Source of the DNA: Vicugna vicugna
Lineage: Eukaryota
Length of the DNA: 64,000 nucleotides
NCBI GenBank assembly: GCA_013265495.1
Contig: MU059990.1
Location: forward strand, 558,001 to 622,000
Direction: 5' to 3'
Shown here: positions 26,816 to 51,700 of the stretch, piece by piece
Layout of the letters: every line of letters starts with the position of its first letter
How positions within the stretch are numbered: position 1 is the first letter of the stretch
Program-made: the position numbers and the translations under genes
The notes under the pieces: model-generated
Told to the model about the DNA's origin: nothing
Seen by the model: the letters and a program-made list of their open reading frames with translations, nothing else
The model's database searches: none

Positions 26816-29800
26816 TAAATTAAGTAAGGCCAAAGCAATCTTGCTTCCTTCCTCCATCTACTCCTTCCCTTCTGTGCCGTCTGGATAGATTCTTACTCAG
26901 TTCCATTTGGGAATGTTTTTAATAGGCCTCAGAGAACCAATTCTCCCTCTTGCCTCTCTGTGATCTCCCCTGGATGGAGGGCCCTCTTGGGACCCAGGCC
27001 ACAAGGTACTGTTGCAACTCACATGGGCTAACTGCTTTTCCTGTCACCCGTTACTATGCCTCAGATGGCCTAATCACACTAAATATGTTGCCCTTCCACC
27101 CTAACACTGAAGCAACAGTGGCTAAAAAAGTTCTCTGAATTTTCAGTTATGTGAAGTGTGCAAAAAACATTGGGTCATTATCTCTATTAATTTCTGAACT
27201 TGAGAAACACAAGTTAAAAAAAAATCATACCACCACAGACCTAGAGGACACTGAAAAGGTACCCACTGCCCCTCAGTAAACTACAACCTGGCCCAGAAAT
27301 CTGCACACACTTTGCTCACCTGGGTAGCTCCTTATTCAGCTCAGTTACTGTGCAGTCAAGGGCTAAATCTTTTCTAAAACACTCTTGGGAAGTGGGATTG
27401 TATTATGTAGGGTTTTAAGGTATCCTTCCTCTTAGAAGGCTGTTGCATTTCCTTATTTTAAATTCACTGTCTTACACTTTGGTTACTTTCTAATCTGAAA
27501 TGCTTTAGGATTAGGGAGCAGGCTGTACACTTGCTTCTTCTACACTATGCCCCCTCATAAGTCAAATTCATATCAATGCACACAAACAAGCAAACTATCA
27601 AAGAGCAATCCTTGCTCCTGGGCAAACTAAGAGTTGGATGATATGAGGTATGACTTCAAGGGCAATGGGAAAGCCCTCTTCTCCAAAAGTATTTTTGTAA
27701 CTCCAGATCTATGTTTGAAATTCTATATTGATAATTCTACTCCTTAGCTCCATGTTAAGAAGCAAAAAACCTTGGAATGATTAATACTTTAAGTGACTAT
27801 TTGTTATTTATAACTTAACATGGAGCAATTCCAGATCATTTCTTGAAGGTAGACTTTGACTATGAGGAAGGTGGAAAAGACAAAAAGAACAAGAAAGGGA
27901 CAGGATACCATTAGGATGCAGGAAGCCTAGTGAGCGTTAAAAAAAAAAACCCTCCCCGCCCCCCCACGCATCTGCACAATCTTCTCTAGGACTGGTTTTG
28001 CAGGAGAGAAAATAAAAGCTCCTGGGGGGACAACAATCAAGGTTTCTGGGGGCACTGTACAAAGGCTGGGCACATTAAAGGGCTTCTATAGCCAGTAAGG
28101 ACAAATTCAGTTAATAAGGTGGTATATAAAGTGTCCCAGCTGTGCTGAGATTTAGAGGAAAATCAATTTCATATCTAGAGAAATTTGGAGCCTTCATGTA
28201 TCACTACAGAAAGATACAGGGGCCCCTAAGGAGACCCATCATCTTAGGATAGTGAAGGGACAGTCACATAATCTGAACATGCAGAGACCATGAACCAGAA
28301 GATAGAAGTCTCAAATTCTTCACTTTAGCAGAGATGCCAATAATTCTCCCAAACAGAATAATTCACGTTAATGTTTCTTTCCTGCCCATAAAAGAGAAGT
28401 AGGCCATCTATTGGCTATTTCCTAGGATACCCATGCACAAGGGGGTGTATGTAAGGATGTACAGGATAACCCAGAGTACAGCTCTCTGCTTGTCTTTGAT
28501 AAAAGCAAGACAAAATGAACTGTGAAAAGGAGCACAATGAATAACAGAGTATCATCTCAGAAGGGAAAACTGGAAAGAATGAGAAATCAGTTTGGTGGAA
28601 AACATGAAAACAGAATTGCCTTTGGTGGCACATCCCCCAAAGCAAAGCAAGATTGGTCTGATGTGCTGTCTCTTATCTCTGACCTTTCTGGATGAAATGA
28701 GTGAGGTATATGTGGGAGGATTTACACTTTTTACACTTCTGTAAAACTTGAATATTTAAAAATATATACATATTACTTTTCTAATTAAAAAGAAATGGTT
28801 ATAAACTACGGTAGTATAAAAGGGAAAAAGGAGGAAGTATAACAAGGGAAAATCCAATAAGCTCCAATCTATGGGGGGACTAAGGAGGTCAGTAGGCCAT
28901 TAAACATAAATAGGAGGGGACTCCTGTGTCTTAGTAATCCATCTTTTCTCTACTCACCATCTTCCCTAAGTGCCTCTCTGACCCAACCTTCTAATAGCTC
29001 AGAAACCTGGGCTCCTGAAGAAGTAGATAAAGAACAGTTGTGATGCCAACCTTCTGGAATGGAATTTCTCACTTGTCCCCAAATCCCTTCCTCAGTGATA
29101 TCACCTCATATTTCCAAGCTTGGTCCTACCTAACCACTACCTGCCTGGGAAATATCCAAGTCTAAGGGACATAAAAGTTTCACCAACTATGGTCACAAGA
29201 TCTCTGGATAGCTGGGGATCCCTAAGCCCATTTCTAGTGCAGAAAATGAATCACTGATTCCCCACTTCTAGGTCAGAGATATGGCATCCAATATAGACCA
29301 CATTATTAAGCTGGAAAGAAACCAACAAACATCCCCCAAATCCAACTTTTTAGCTTTTTCACAGGTCATGAAACAGTAGGTAAGAAGTAACAGACACTGC
29401 AGCCAAGACCAGCTTGAGGGCAAGGGAAAGTGTTAGGGGCTGAATTTGGAACAGCCAATAGTTACAGAAAAAAATTACTTTTGTCTTATTGGCTACCCTG
29501 GGAATACCAAAAAACTTAAAACTGCCACATCTCCACACTAGTGGGAACAAAAGAGTTACTACTCCCAAGGGTACTTCCAGCCCACCCTTCAGCATTCCCA
29601 GAAACTCCCTAAACTGATACAAGGCCCTACTTCCATTGCTCCAGCTCCCTGAGTCTTCTAGATTAGGAAAGCTTTCTTCCCTTGTCTCAGTTCTCCCTCC
29701 CTGAACCCAAACCCTTCTCGGCTCAACTCTGGGGCACCCTAGTAATTTTTATAATAGTCGCTTTTCCTGAAAAGAATTTCTCTCACCCAGCTAAGAGCTC

Positions 29801-29829
29801 TTCTCTGGCCCTTCCAATGAGACATCTCG

Positions 29830-30700
29830 AGAGAGCTCCTCCGGGGCCGGGCGCCGGACTTGACCCCTCCTCACCTCCCGGCGAATGGGCTTACCTCACC
29901 CGCCGCCCCGTCCCTTTCCCCCAGCTCCTCCCTCTCCCGCGCCGCTCAGTGAGGCCTGCCCCTGCCCGCACACGAGCCCCGGGCCTCCCGCGCCGACCCA
30001 AGCCCGGCCGCCAACACCACCCGGCCGCCTCCCGGACTCACCAACTTCGGGCTCCCAGCCCGCCCGGCCCCCTCCTCAGCGCCCTCATTAGGCCTGCGGG
30101 GGCCCGGCCCCCTTCTCCCCTCTCCAGTGGGCCATTCTAACCCTTCACTGAGGCCCAGACCCGCCTCTGCCCTCAGGCCAGGGCGCTCTCTTCTCCCGGG
30201 CGCCTCCGCCCCTGCCCTTGAGGGCTCCATCAGCCCGGTACCTGGGGCTCCGTTCCCCCGTCGGGCCCAAGCCTGTGTCGAACAGACAAACAGCTGCAGC
30301 TCAACCAAACCTTCCTGCCCCTCCTCCTCCTCCTCCTCGCCCTGGGGCGGGGGCCCCAGCCAATAGCACGACTACCCGCCTACCGTCAAGGGTGGGCTCT
30401 GTGCGCACTAACCCGCCAATCCTCTGGAGAAAGGCGGGTCCTTTTAGAGACTGTCACCAACGAGTACGAGCAAAGGACTGGACTGGCGGGATCCTGGACC
30501 AATACAGAGAGAGAAACCTTGAAGACGGACCAGGTGAAGAGCCACTAAAGAGCGAGCTTCCCGAGGTGGGGGCGGTGCCCTGTAGAAGGCGTATACACCA
30601 ACCAATAAATTCTCGACACCCTCATGACCCCGCCTTTTGACTCATAAACATCTAATCAGGTGAGCGACGGAGGCGGGTCAATGTGAAACTTTAACCAGTA
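29830..30700 (-). promoter_or_regulatory. RAB5B: RAB5B CpG island promoter; non-coding exon 1 donor GAGCCCCAG|gtaccg at 30242/30241, possible alternative first-exon donor GAG|gtaagc at 29895/29894
   Basis: CpG-dense. Exon 1 text gagctgcagctgtttgtctgttcgacacaggcttggg matches the RAB5B 5'UTR as I recall it. GC and CCAAT boxes present. Confidence 0.8.
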
Positions 30701-31604
30701 CTGAGAAAATTCGGTACTTGAATGGCAGGCAAGGCGGGGTCGAAAAGCCTTAGGAAGGCCACTACTGACCTTCGCCCCTCCCCCCGGATTTGGCGGGGGT
30801 TGCCTCCGGTGCCCCGCCCTCTATGACAAATTCGTGGGCGTGAAGGGAAATACCTCTCCTAGGGACCCGGAGCCTGGGAATTTAAGTACTCCTCTTGTCG
30901 GTGCTTTCTCCTTTCGGTGGGGCCCAAGAGCACAGGAGTTTTGGGGGTGGCCCGCGGGCCTGCCTGAGATTTTTTCTTTTAGGTGAGGTAAGACAATGGC
31001 AACTCCGAGAAGTGGTAGCTGAGGGAGGCATTAGCTCTTTTATAATGATTTTTCATAAAACGATTGATGTATTCTGAATCGTATGTAAATGTGTATAAAG
31101 TAGCCTTAGAAAACTTTGCTGTTAGTGATATGCAACAAAAAGGAAAAAAGACGAACTTACTGGGAATTACAGTGTCAAGGCAAATTCCCATGGAGCCCAC
31201 TTTCAACCAAATTACTGTTCCTAAGCCCTTCCTAACATTGAAATTCTGGAACAGGCCCATTGTATGTGTGTGTATTTGGTCTGTGCGTGTTAGGGGGTCG
31301 GGGGCTAGATGCAGGTTTGTGGGGAAAGTGAAGTAGGAAATACATAGGCTTCAGTTTCCCCAGCTGTAAAATGGGGGCAATAATTCCCACTTCGCCTACC
31401 CTCGGGACTATCCCAATTTTATCACAGAAGTCAAAAAGGGGTGAGGTGGGTAACCCTGCACAGAGAGATTAGGAAAAGGAGGGGGGTGGTGTCTGAAACC
31501 AATTATATACACACATTCATACTCTCTCTCACAACATTCTTTCAGTAAATAACACAAAAGTAAAAGAGTAAAGAGATGAACTATAAAACCAGGAACTTTT
31601 TTTT

Positions 31605-31610
31605 TTTAAT
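31605..31610 (-). terminator. CDK2: Candidate CDK2 polyadenylation signal (ATTAAA)
   Basis: tttaat on plus, about 1.1 kb past the stop codon. Confidence 0.4.
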
Positions 31611-32709
31611 GAATTACAAACTAAATTACAAATAATGTTAATGGCAAGAATATTCAAGGACAAAAGGTGGGAGAAGAGAGACAAAATCATAAAAAGAAAA
31701 AAAGATTTTTTAAAGACATTTGCATTACAAATCCCAAGGTGCCCATGGCAACAAGTCCAATCATTCCCACTTAAAAAACTATTATAACCTGAAATATAAA
31801 TATAATTGTTCATCCTTCTTTTAAAGAAAAAAATTTTTTTCCCAACCCCCCCACTCAGTCCTAAAAGTGTCAGCATTCTCAAAATGATGTCTAAACCTTC
31901 ACTTTCACTCCATGGGGTGGCCTTCAGAGGAAGATGGGAACTAGCACCTGAAGAATTAAGAATCTTAAAAAGAAGAGAAAATTTCAAACATCGTTCACTG
32001 TCTCCATAAGGCCTCAGTGAAGCAGTCCCTGTCCCAGAGCCTCCCAGACACTCCTTGCCTATAAAAGGGACAGGCAAGAAGACTAGGAGTAATCATTTCT
32101 ACTGCAGCCCCACCAGGACTGTGGAGACTGGGAATCTGGAGTCTCCCAAACTATTAGGTGAGATGAAACACTAAAACTAAGATATAAACTGGTTGGACCT
32201 ATTATTTAACCTAATTCTTTAAAACAGGACCCTCCCTATGTTTTTGTTTTGCTTGGTTTCCAAAAGTTCCAATTTAGCCCCTTTGCTTTCAGTTGGCCTT
32301 ACAAACACAGTGGCTGCAGGAGGCTTGGGGTCTCTGTCATCCCGAACACAGAAAATAATAATTGCAGGGCTTTCAGAGACTGGGATGGCAAACCCTATAT
32401 GGAGGAATGAGGAAGAGTCAATCTTTTTTTTTTTTTTTCCTTAAATACCAACCCTCCTAAGCAATGACTAAGAGGAGGGGGATAGGATGGTCGAGGCTGA
32501 CATAAGTGCATCTAATACTGAAGCTTCCTTTCAATTTTACCTATTTCTCCCCTCCACCTGCTGTTTCCCCAGAGCTGGCTGGCTAAGAGAGGCAGGTGAG
32601 TGCTAAGGCAGCCAGACAAAATCAATGGGCTAAGATCCCAGGACCAAGGCAGATTGGGCCCCCACTGGAGGACAGGGTGATCCTGGGGGCAGGGGCTTGG
32701 AGAAGGACA

Positions 32710-37345
<4,636 letters not shown>

Positions 37346-37950
37346 ATTTGATTCTGAGGGATATTAAGATAAGTTTCAACCTAGGTAGGGAGGTCGAATA
37401 CCTGTCTCCAAGTATTTGATCTGGACTCGAGAATCCTACCTGTGTCCTGAGTCTGTAGGGATTTCCTCATCTCTAAATGGCCGTTTTCACCACCCCCAGG
37501 AAAACGTGTACTGATCTGAGATTAAATTCCACCTGGCCCAAGGAGATTCCTCTGAAAAGCAGGAAGCTGGGAATCTCATTGTAAGAATTTCCTGGGCCTC
37601 AGAGGAGTCGTTGCCTCCGCCTCTCAGCCTATCCGGATATTGTCTCTCTTTGTTTTTGGATGCAGGGTCACTGTTTCTAAAGTCTTTTTGAGAGGTTCTA
37701 AATTTGACTCACAACTGATTGATCTACTCTTCCATGGTGAATAGTGTGTACCGGTACGTGTTGTGTTATATAGCTGCCCTTCAGTCAGTTCTTTCCCAGG
37801 AAGATGGAGTGTGAGAAGACGAGAATGACTCTGAAACCAGAAACTCACTGAGTAGCAAGATGTCCAGGGACAGGATCCCTCGTCAGTTCTGCCTTTCTCA
37901 GGTCCTCTTGCTCCTCCCAGGCCTCCCTTGGAAGGAGAGGAGGAAGGGCT

Positions 37951-37978
37951 ATGCAAATGAGCACCCCTTTCTTATATA
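37951..37978 (+). promoter_or_regulatory. PMEL: PMEL core promoter: octamer ATGCAAAT (37951-37958) and TATA-like TATATA (37973-37978)
   Basis: Motifs 50-80 nt upstream of the ATG at 38029. Function is inferred. Confidence 0.55.
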
Positions 37979-38028
37979 GGGGCTTGTCCCACCTTCCAGC
38001 ACCTTTGGTTGCTGGAAGAAAGAACAGG

Positions 38029-45319
<7,291 letters not shown>

Positions 45320-45409
45320 GTACCCTCATGTGATGTCATGATTTACCCAGGGGGGGACAGCAATGTCTGTCTTTTCCCCAGTCTTCCCTTGGAGACTACC
45401 ATTGCCTGA

Positions 45410-45415
45410 AATAAA
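45410..45415 (+). terminator. PMEL: PMEL polyadenylation signal (AATAAA)
   Basis: 90 nt after the TGA. Confidence 0.85.
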
Positions 45416-45541
45416 CACTCAGAACCCAGTGCTGCTTTTTCCTTGCTTCTGGGAGAATCCATGTCATTTAAGGAGTGGAGGCATAAAGGAAGGAGGGGTA
45501 CCACTTACTTAACAGATACCCCAGTGGGAAAAAAAAGTCGT

Positions 45542-45547
45542 TTTATT
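45542..45547 (-). terminator. DGKA: DGKA polyadenylation signal (AATAAA)
   Basis: tttatt on plus, about 240 nt past the DGKA stop codon. Confidence 0.75.
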
Positions 45548-45578
45548 CAGATGAGGCACTTCAAATGTATTGTTTGTG

Positions 45579-45580
<2 letters not shown>

Positions 45581-45615
<35 letters not shown>
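45581..45615. repeat. (GT)17 microsatellite in the DGKA 3'UTR
   Basis: Perfect dinucleotide run. Confidence 0.95.
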
Positions 45616-45616
<1 letters not shown>

Positions 45617-45788
45617 ATATGTGCATGGGGAATAGTGGAGGTGGTACAGGATAATAAATACTGTGAGGGTGAAGAAACACTCCCCTGAGCTGGCAGGAGG
45701 GTGTAGCAGCAATGTACAGAGCCTAGCAGGTAGAGTCCAGGGACGAGGAGGTGGGTTCAAGGCTGTCTTGGAGGCTGAGATGTCCCTC

Positions 45789-48700
45789 TCAGCACAAGAA
45801 GCCAAAGAAATTGGAGGAGCGGGGAGGCGGGCCCATAAGCATGGGCATCTGGTTCCTGTGGGTGATCTTGATCTGGAAGGGAAGGGGGCACATTCAGAGG
45901 CAGGACCTGGGGCCCTGGGGCTGGAGCAGCAGAGTTTTGAGGAACATCATGGGGTTCAGGGTGGGTTATAAGGGTCCTAGAGAGGCCATGGTAGGAAGGC
46001 CAGGGGCTGAGAAATCAGGATTTGGGAGGAAGGGTGCACAGGGATCTTCGGGCCTCAGGAGGGAGTAAAGAAGCTGTGGAATGGGAATTTAGGATCCATG
46101 AGGGTTCAGTTTTTGGCAGCCATAGGCAATACTCACCGTACAGGGTGTTTGCATCCAGGGTTCTCCATCGATTTGCATGGGGAGGGTTTTTGTGGTGCTG
46201 TGTGAGGTCAAGGTAGATTGGTGTCGATTTCTTTACCAACCAAGTACCAAAACTCTGTTTCTTAGGTTGACTTTGAGGCCCTTTGTCACTGAGGAAGATC
46301 TGGTACAGCCCCTCCACACCGTCCCCAGACCCCTTCCGCTTTCCCGGCCCCGCTCCTTCCCTCAGAGCCCCTGGCTGGCGTTTTCCTTACTGGAAGGTGA
46401 TCTCAGAGCACTTGGCCAGCCGATGTCCAGCATTCTTGAGCTTGGTGTAGATCTGGCCCATCTCAATTGCACCCTCCAGCCCTACTACTTCTAGCCGCTT
46501 GTCACTTAGATCTGGGGGTGAAAAGTAGGGAGATAGGTCTTGTAGAAGCAGGGTGCTTCCAAAGAGTCACACCTTCCCTTAGTCCCACTCACTCAGCTCC
46601 CAAGGCTGCTCCTCTTACCGGGTACGCAGGTTTTCAGGATATCAGGGTCGGTGATGACTTTAGCTGTAGCACCTAAGGCCTGGTTGATCCCATGGATGTC
46701 ACTTTGTGGTCTCTTGGTGTCACCCCAGAGATTGGAGCCACCGTGCATGCTTGGGATGTTCAGCACTGCGATGCCTTCTAGGGACAGGTTGCTTAGATCC
46801 AGTGGTTTCCCACAGATCTGACGGGAGGAGAGCACAGATCCTTACCTCATGGCATAATCATGGACGTGAACCCTCCCTCCACCAGACAATGAACTGGGAA
46901 GGCTAGGATTTGGAGGCTAGCAAGGCATGGAGGGAAACAGGAACCGGTGTATCTTGAGAACTTGGGAAATCACAATTGGAGGGCTGGGAGGTCAAAGTAT
47001 AAGTTCAAGAATATGGGGAGTTCCCAAGGGCGCCTGTGGAGGAAGAAACTAAGACACAAGAATCTGAAAAGGATATGGGGTTGGGTCTTATCACACCCAC
47101 CTCAACTGTCAGAGATTCCTCCAGCTTTTTGCACGTTGAGAAGATGGATTCAGACGTGGCAAATTCGAAGTACCATAGCTTGTTCTTCATTCTGTGTCGG
47201 CCCCAACAGCAGCCCCAGGAGGAAGGGGACGAGAGGCAGAGGTGGGCTACATGCAGTCCCATGGGGGTCAGGGAGGCTTGGTTGAGGGGCTTCCTAGAGG
47301 TCTCACTGCCCATCTAAGTTCTGAGTCAAACTGGGCCACAACCTGGTCCCTGCCACTGTGTATGCCCGCACCCACCCCCCCTTCTCTCACCTGCTGTTGA
47401 ACTTCTCAGGATATTTCTCTCGCATGATGTGGAAGCGGTGAGCAATAGAGGCATCCTGGGGAGTTCAGGGCGTGTGAGATCAGAGGCTGTTCCCTCTCTC
47501 AGCACAGAGCCCTCTGTCTCTTTAACTCCCCAGTTGGGGAGTAATATGTCCCATGTTCTTTTCTTACAACTCACACCACTGTACCCCACTCCTGATTTCC
47601 CTGTGTCACAGCTCCCTTACCCTCTACCTTCCCTTTCTGCCCTTCTCTGGCCTCTGCCTGCTTAACCCCCACCGTCTCCCATCCCCCCATGCTCCACTCC
47701 ACTAACCACACCAATGGAGAAGTAGTTATTGATGATTTGAAAGGGGACTGGGTCACTCTTTTCTTCAGTTTGTTGGGGTATCACCTCCACGGACCATCGA
47801 TCCATATGTACCACCTTACTTGTCTCTAAATCCTTGAGGATCTTTCCCAAATTCTGTCCCTCATACCCTAAGGGTGGAGGAGAAGACAGGTTAGCACTGA
47901 GCCCCAGCTCCCAGAGGGACTTCCTCTCAGTTCCCAGCTCCACAAATTCCCAGGGATCCTCTGAACTGGTTCTGCAGACCCTCCCACCCCTAAGTAGTGA
48001 AAGGGCAGGGTGCTCAGTCATGGCTCCCACAGACCAGTCTTAAGGTCAGACCATTGCTGACCCTTTTCTCCATACTGTCACTGTCATGGAAGGTGTATGT
48101 TCCCAAATGTGTGTGTGCACTTAGCAATAAATGCCAAAATTCATCTGGAAGAGTAAAGAAAATAGCCAGGAAAATGCAAAATGCTGAAAAAGACAAGTGA
48201 TGAATATGAATAATCTCTCTCTTTCTCTGATGTTTCCCCTCCTCATTCTACCAGATAGAACACAGCATAAAGCAATGGTGTCAAAACAGGGTGACACTGG
48301 CACAGTGAATACGATACAAAGTTCAACAGTAAAGAACAGAGTTCCCAGAAATAGACTCAAGTATACACTGGAATTTAGAATATGATAACATTTCAAATAA
48401 ATGGGGAAAGACAGATTACTCAGTGAATGGTGCTAGATGTAAAAGTCAACCCTTACACTGAAATAAATTCAAGATGAGTCAACAAATTTAAATGTAAAAA
48501 GTTGAAGCACAATTTGTACTAGTGAACATGAGTGAATGTTTTTATAATCTTTGAGTGGAAAAGGGCTTTCTAAAGCATAGTACAAAACTCAGAGCCAAAA
48601 AAGAAAAAGACTGATCAATACAATTATATTAAAGTTAAAACTTCTGAAATCAAACAAAAGTAAAGAAAATATATTTGGGATTTTCAAAATTGCCACAGAA

Positions 48701-51700
48701 TAAACAGAAATAGTTCTAACAACAACAACAAAACCCCAAAACCAACCAACCAAATGAACAAAAAACTTCTGCATGGTTAAATAAACACACACCTAAAAAA
48801 AGACAAACTACAAACAGGGAAGAATTATCTGCAGCACATATAACAGACTAACTTCCTCAACATTCAAAAAATGCTACGAATCCCTATATTTAAAAAGTCA
48901 ATAGAAAAATGGGCAAATAAGCCAATCACAGAAGAAATACAGATGGCCAATATGCATATTAAAGATGTTCAATATTACTGATAATTAAAATAATTATAAA
49001 TTAAAACTGTAAATCAGTTAACTTTTTGTTGCCTATCAGATTGACAAACTACAGGGATTGAGAAAACAAGGGGTGTTAATGAGATTATGAATAAACTGGC
49101 ACTCAACTGCTGTTAATTGGAGCATAGATTGGTATTTCATTTTTGGAAGGTAATTTGGCAACTTTTATCAAAATGTCATCAAATTTTATCAAAACATATC
49201 ATTTGATGCAGCAATTCTACTTGTAGGAATTTCTCACAGAAACACATGCACGGAGATGCATGTGCAAGGATATTTGCTGAGGTACTCACTAAAAGAGCAA
49301 AAAATTGGAGACAATCTACAGCCCATTGGGAGGCGAAGGTTATATAAATTATGCCAAATCCATGCCATGAAATAATGTGCAGCTATGGAAATCAGAATGA
49401 AATCTCTACCTACCAACATGGAAAGTTCTCCAAGACATAGTCAATGAAAAAAGTCTCAGGCCAATGTGTATAGTATGATCATATTTATCTTTGTTTAAAA
49501 GCTGTATATGTGTTGTATATGTGTGCATGTGAAAACAGAAAAATGAGTGCAAATAGAAAACAGTGGTTATCTCTGGGGAAGTATGTGGAATTTGGTGGTG
49601 GAGTGGGGAGGGAAGAGGAGACCTGTATGTAAGGACTCATATATTTTACTTTTTAAAATCTTTTACAGGGAAAATGTACTGATGCATTATTTGTGTAATT
49701 TGAAACAAATAAAATAACTAGTAAAATGTTCATATTCTTTGAGCCAGCAATTCCACTTCTAGAAATCTCTCCTAGAGAAATTCTCACATCTGTGTGCAGA
49801 GATAGACTGCAGCACGGTTTGTAAACAAAAGACTGAATGCTACCCAAGTGTCTATCAATATACGACTAGTTAAATAAATTACGACATATTCACACAATGG
49901 AATGCTGTTCAGCAATAAAAACAGTGAAACACACCTGATTGTATTGAAATATAATGATAACCAAGATGAACTGTTTGGTTAAAATAAGAAGAAAAACATC
50001 AGTAAATGATCTCATTGTTTAAATATATATTAGTATGTATCTAGAGAGAAATAGAGAGAAATCTAGAGAGAAATGGAGGAATAGGCTCCTAAACTTTAGG
50101 AAGTAGATTACAGGGAACTTTCACGTTCTTGGCATCTATATCTGAAATGTTTGAATTATTTTTTACCACAAGCATGTATCATTTTTGTAATCAGGAAAAA
50201 AAAGATGAAAAAAATAGCTCTTCACTTCCTCACATTCCATTGATGGTTCAACCTACTGTAATTTGTCTTTCTCCATGCCACCCTGCTGAAGCTCTTTTGG
50301 CAAACTTGCCAATAATTCCTGCCAAAAGCAACGGTATATCTTCAGTTCTCATTTTAACTCATGAAACTCCTCACTTGGCCTCTAAAATACCTCTAGGTAT
50401 CAGAGGACCCACTCTCTTTCTTCTTAGTCTCTGTGGTGAGCAGAACAACAGCCCCTCAGAGATGTCCGCATCCTAATCTCCAGACTCTGTGAATCTGCTG
50501 CCTTAAATGGCAAGACACTTCGTAGATGTGATTAAATTAAGGATTTTAAGATGGGGAGATTATCCTGGATTATCTGGCTGGGCCCTAGGTAATCACAGGG
50601 CTCCTTATAAGTGAAAGAAAGGCAAGATGGAAGAGCCATGGAAGGAGATTTGACAACGGAAGCCAAGGCTGGAATGATAATACTGCTGGTTGGAAGGGGG
50701 GCCATGAGATAAGGAATGCAGGCAGCCTCTCATAACTGGAAAAGGCAAGGCAAGGAATTCTCCCCTAGAGCCTCTAGAGAAAATATGGCCCTGCTAACAT
50801 CTCAATGTTAGTGTAGATGAAACTATTTTGGACCTGTGCCCTCCAGAACTGGAAGAGAATAAATTTGTGTTGTTTTAAGGCATTGTTACAGCAACAGGAC
50901 ACTAATACAGACTCCTTTAATAATTCATCTTCTTCTGTTCAACCCCTAAATAGGGTGTTTATCAGGATCTGGCTGTCCTTATCTACCTTCTCTTCTTACC
51001 TCTTTCCCTGGTAACTCAGCTACTCTGAGGATGTCAGTTACTTCCTAGGAGCAGATGACTCTCAAACACGTTCTCTCCTAAATTTCTATCGATTTCCAAC
51101 TACTTACCACATAGTTCCATCTGGGTGCTCCACTGACATCTAGTACATCAACTCAGTACGTCCAAAATTGAACCCATCTTTCTTCCTTAAACTAGTCCTC
51201 CACTTGTATTTCCTATTTTAATAAATGGTACCCCCATCTGCTCATTCCACAAGCCTGGAAGATGTCCTAGACTTGTCCTCAACTCCTCCTGCACAATCCA
51301 TTAGTTACCAAATGTTGTGGCTTCTACCTCATGACTCCACTGATGCCATCACTTCTGTGTTCATCATCCCTTGACTAGGCTATTGCAGTTGAGGTCCTGC
51401 CTCCTTCCTCAATCCAACCACCATCATGCTCCCATAGCCGTATTCTTTTCATCAACCCCTCTTCAAATCTCATCATTTTTTCAATATCAACACAGATTTT
51501 CATTAGTCCCATATATATATCACTATTTTCATGATTCAGATGGAATTAGCAGAAGTTGCTGTGAAAGTCTCATTTGCAGAACATGAAGTGAAGACTCAAA
51601 AATTCATGATTTTGAAGTGTCTAATACTATAAATGAAAACAAAGTCAGATGCTGAGGATTTAAGAACTGGCCAAAAAAAAAGGCATATGTTTATATATAA

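Noticed and set aside
29682-30640. Multiple 70-150 aa ORFs
   Set aside because: They lie in the RAB5B CpG island and 5'UTR and have low complexity.
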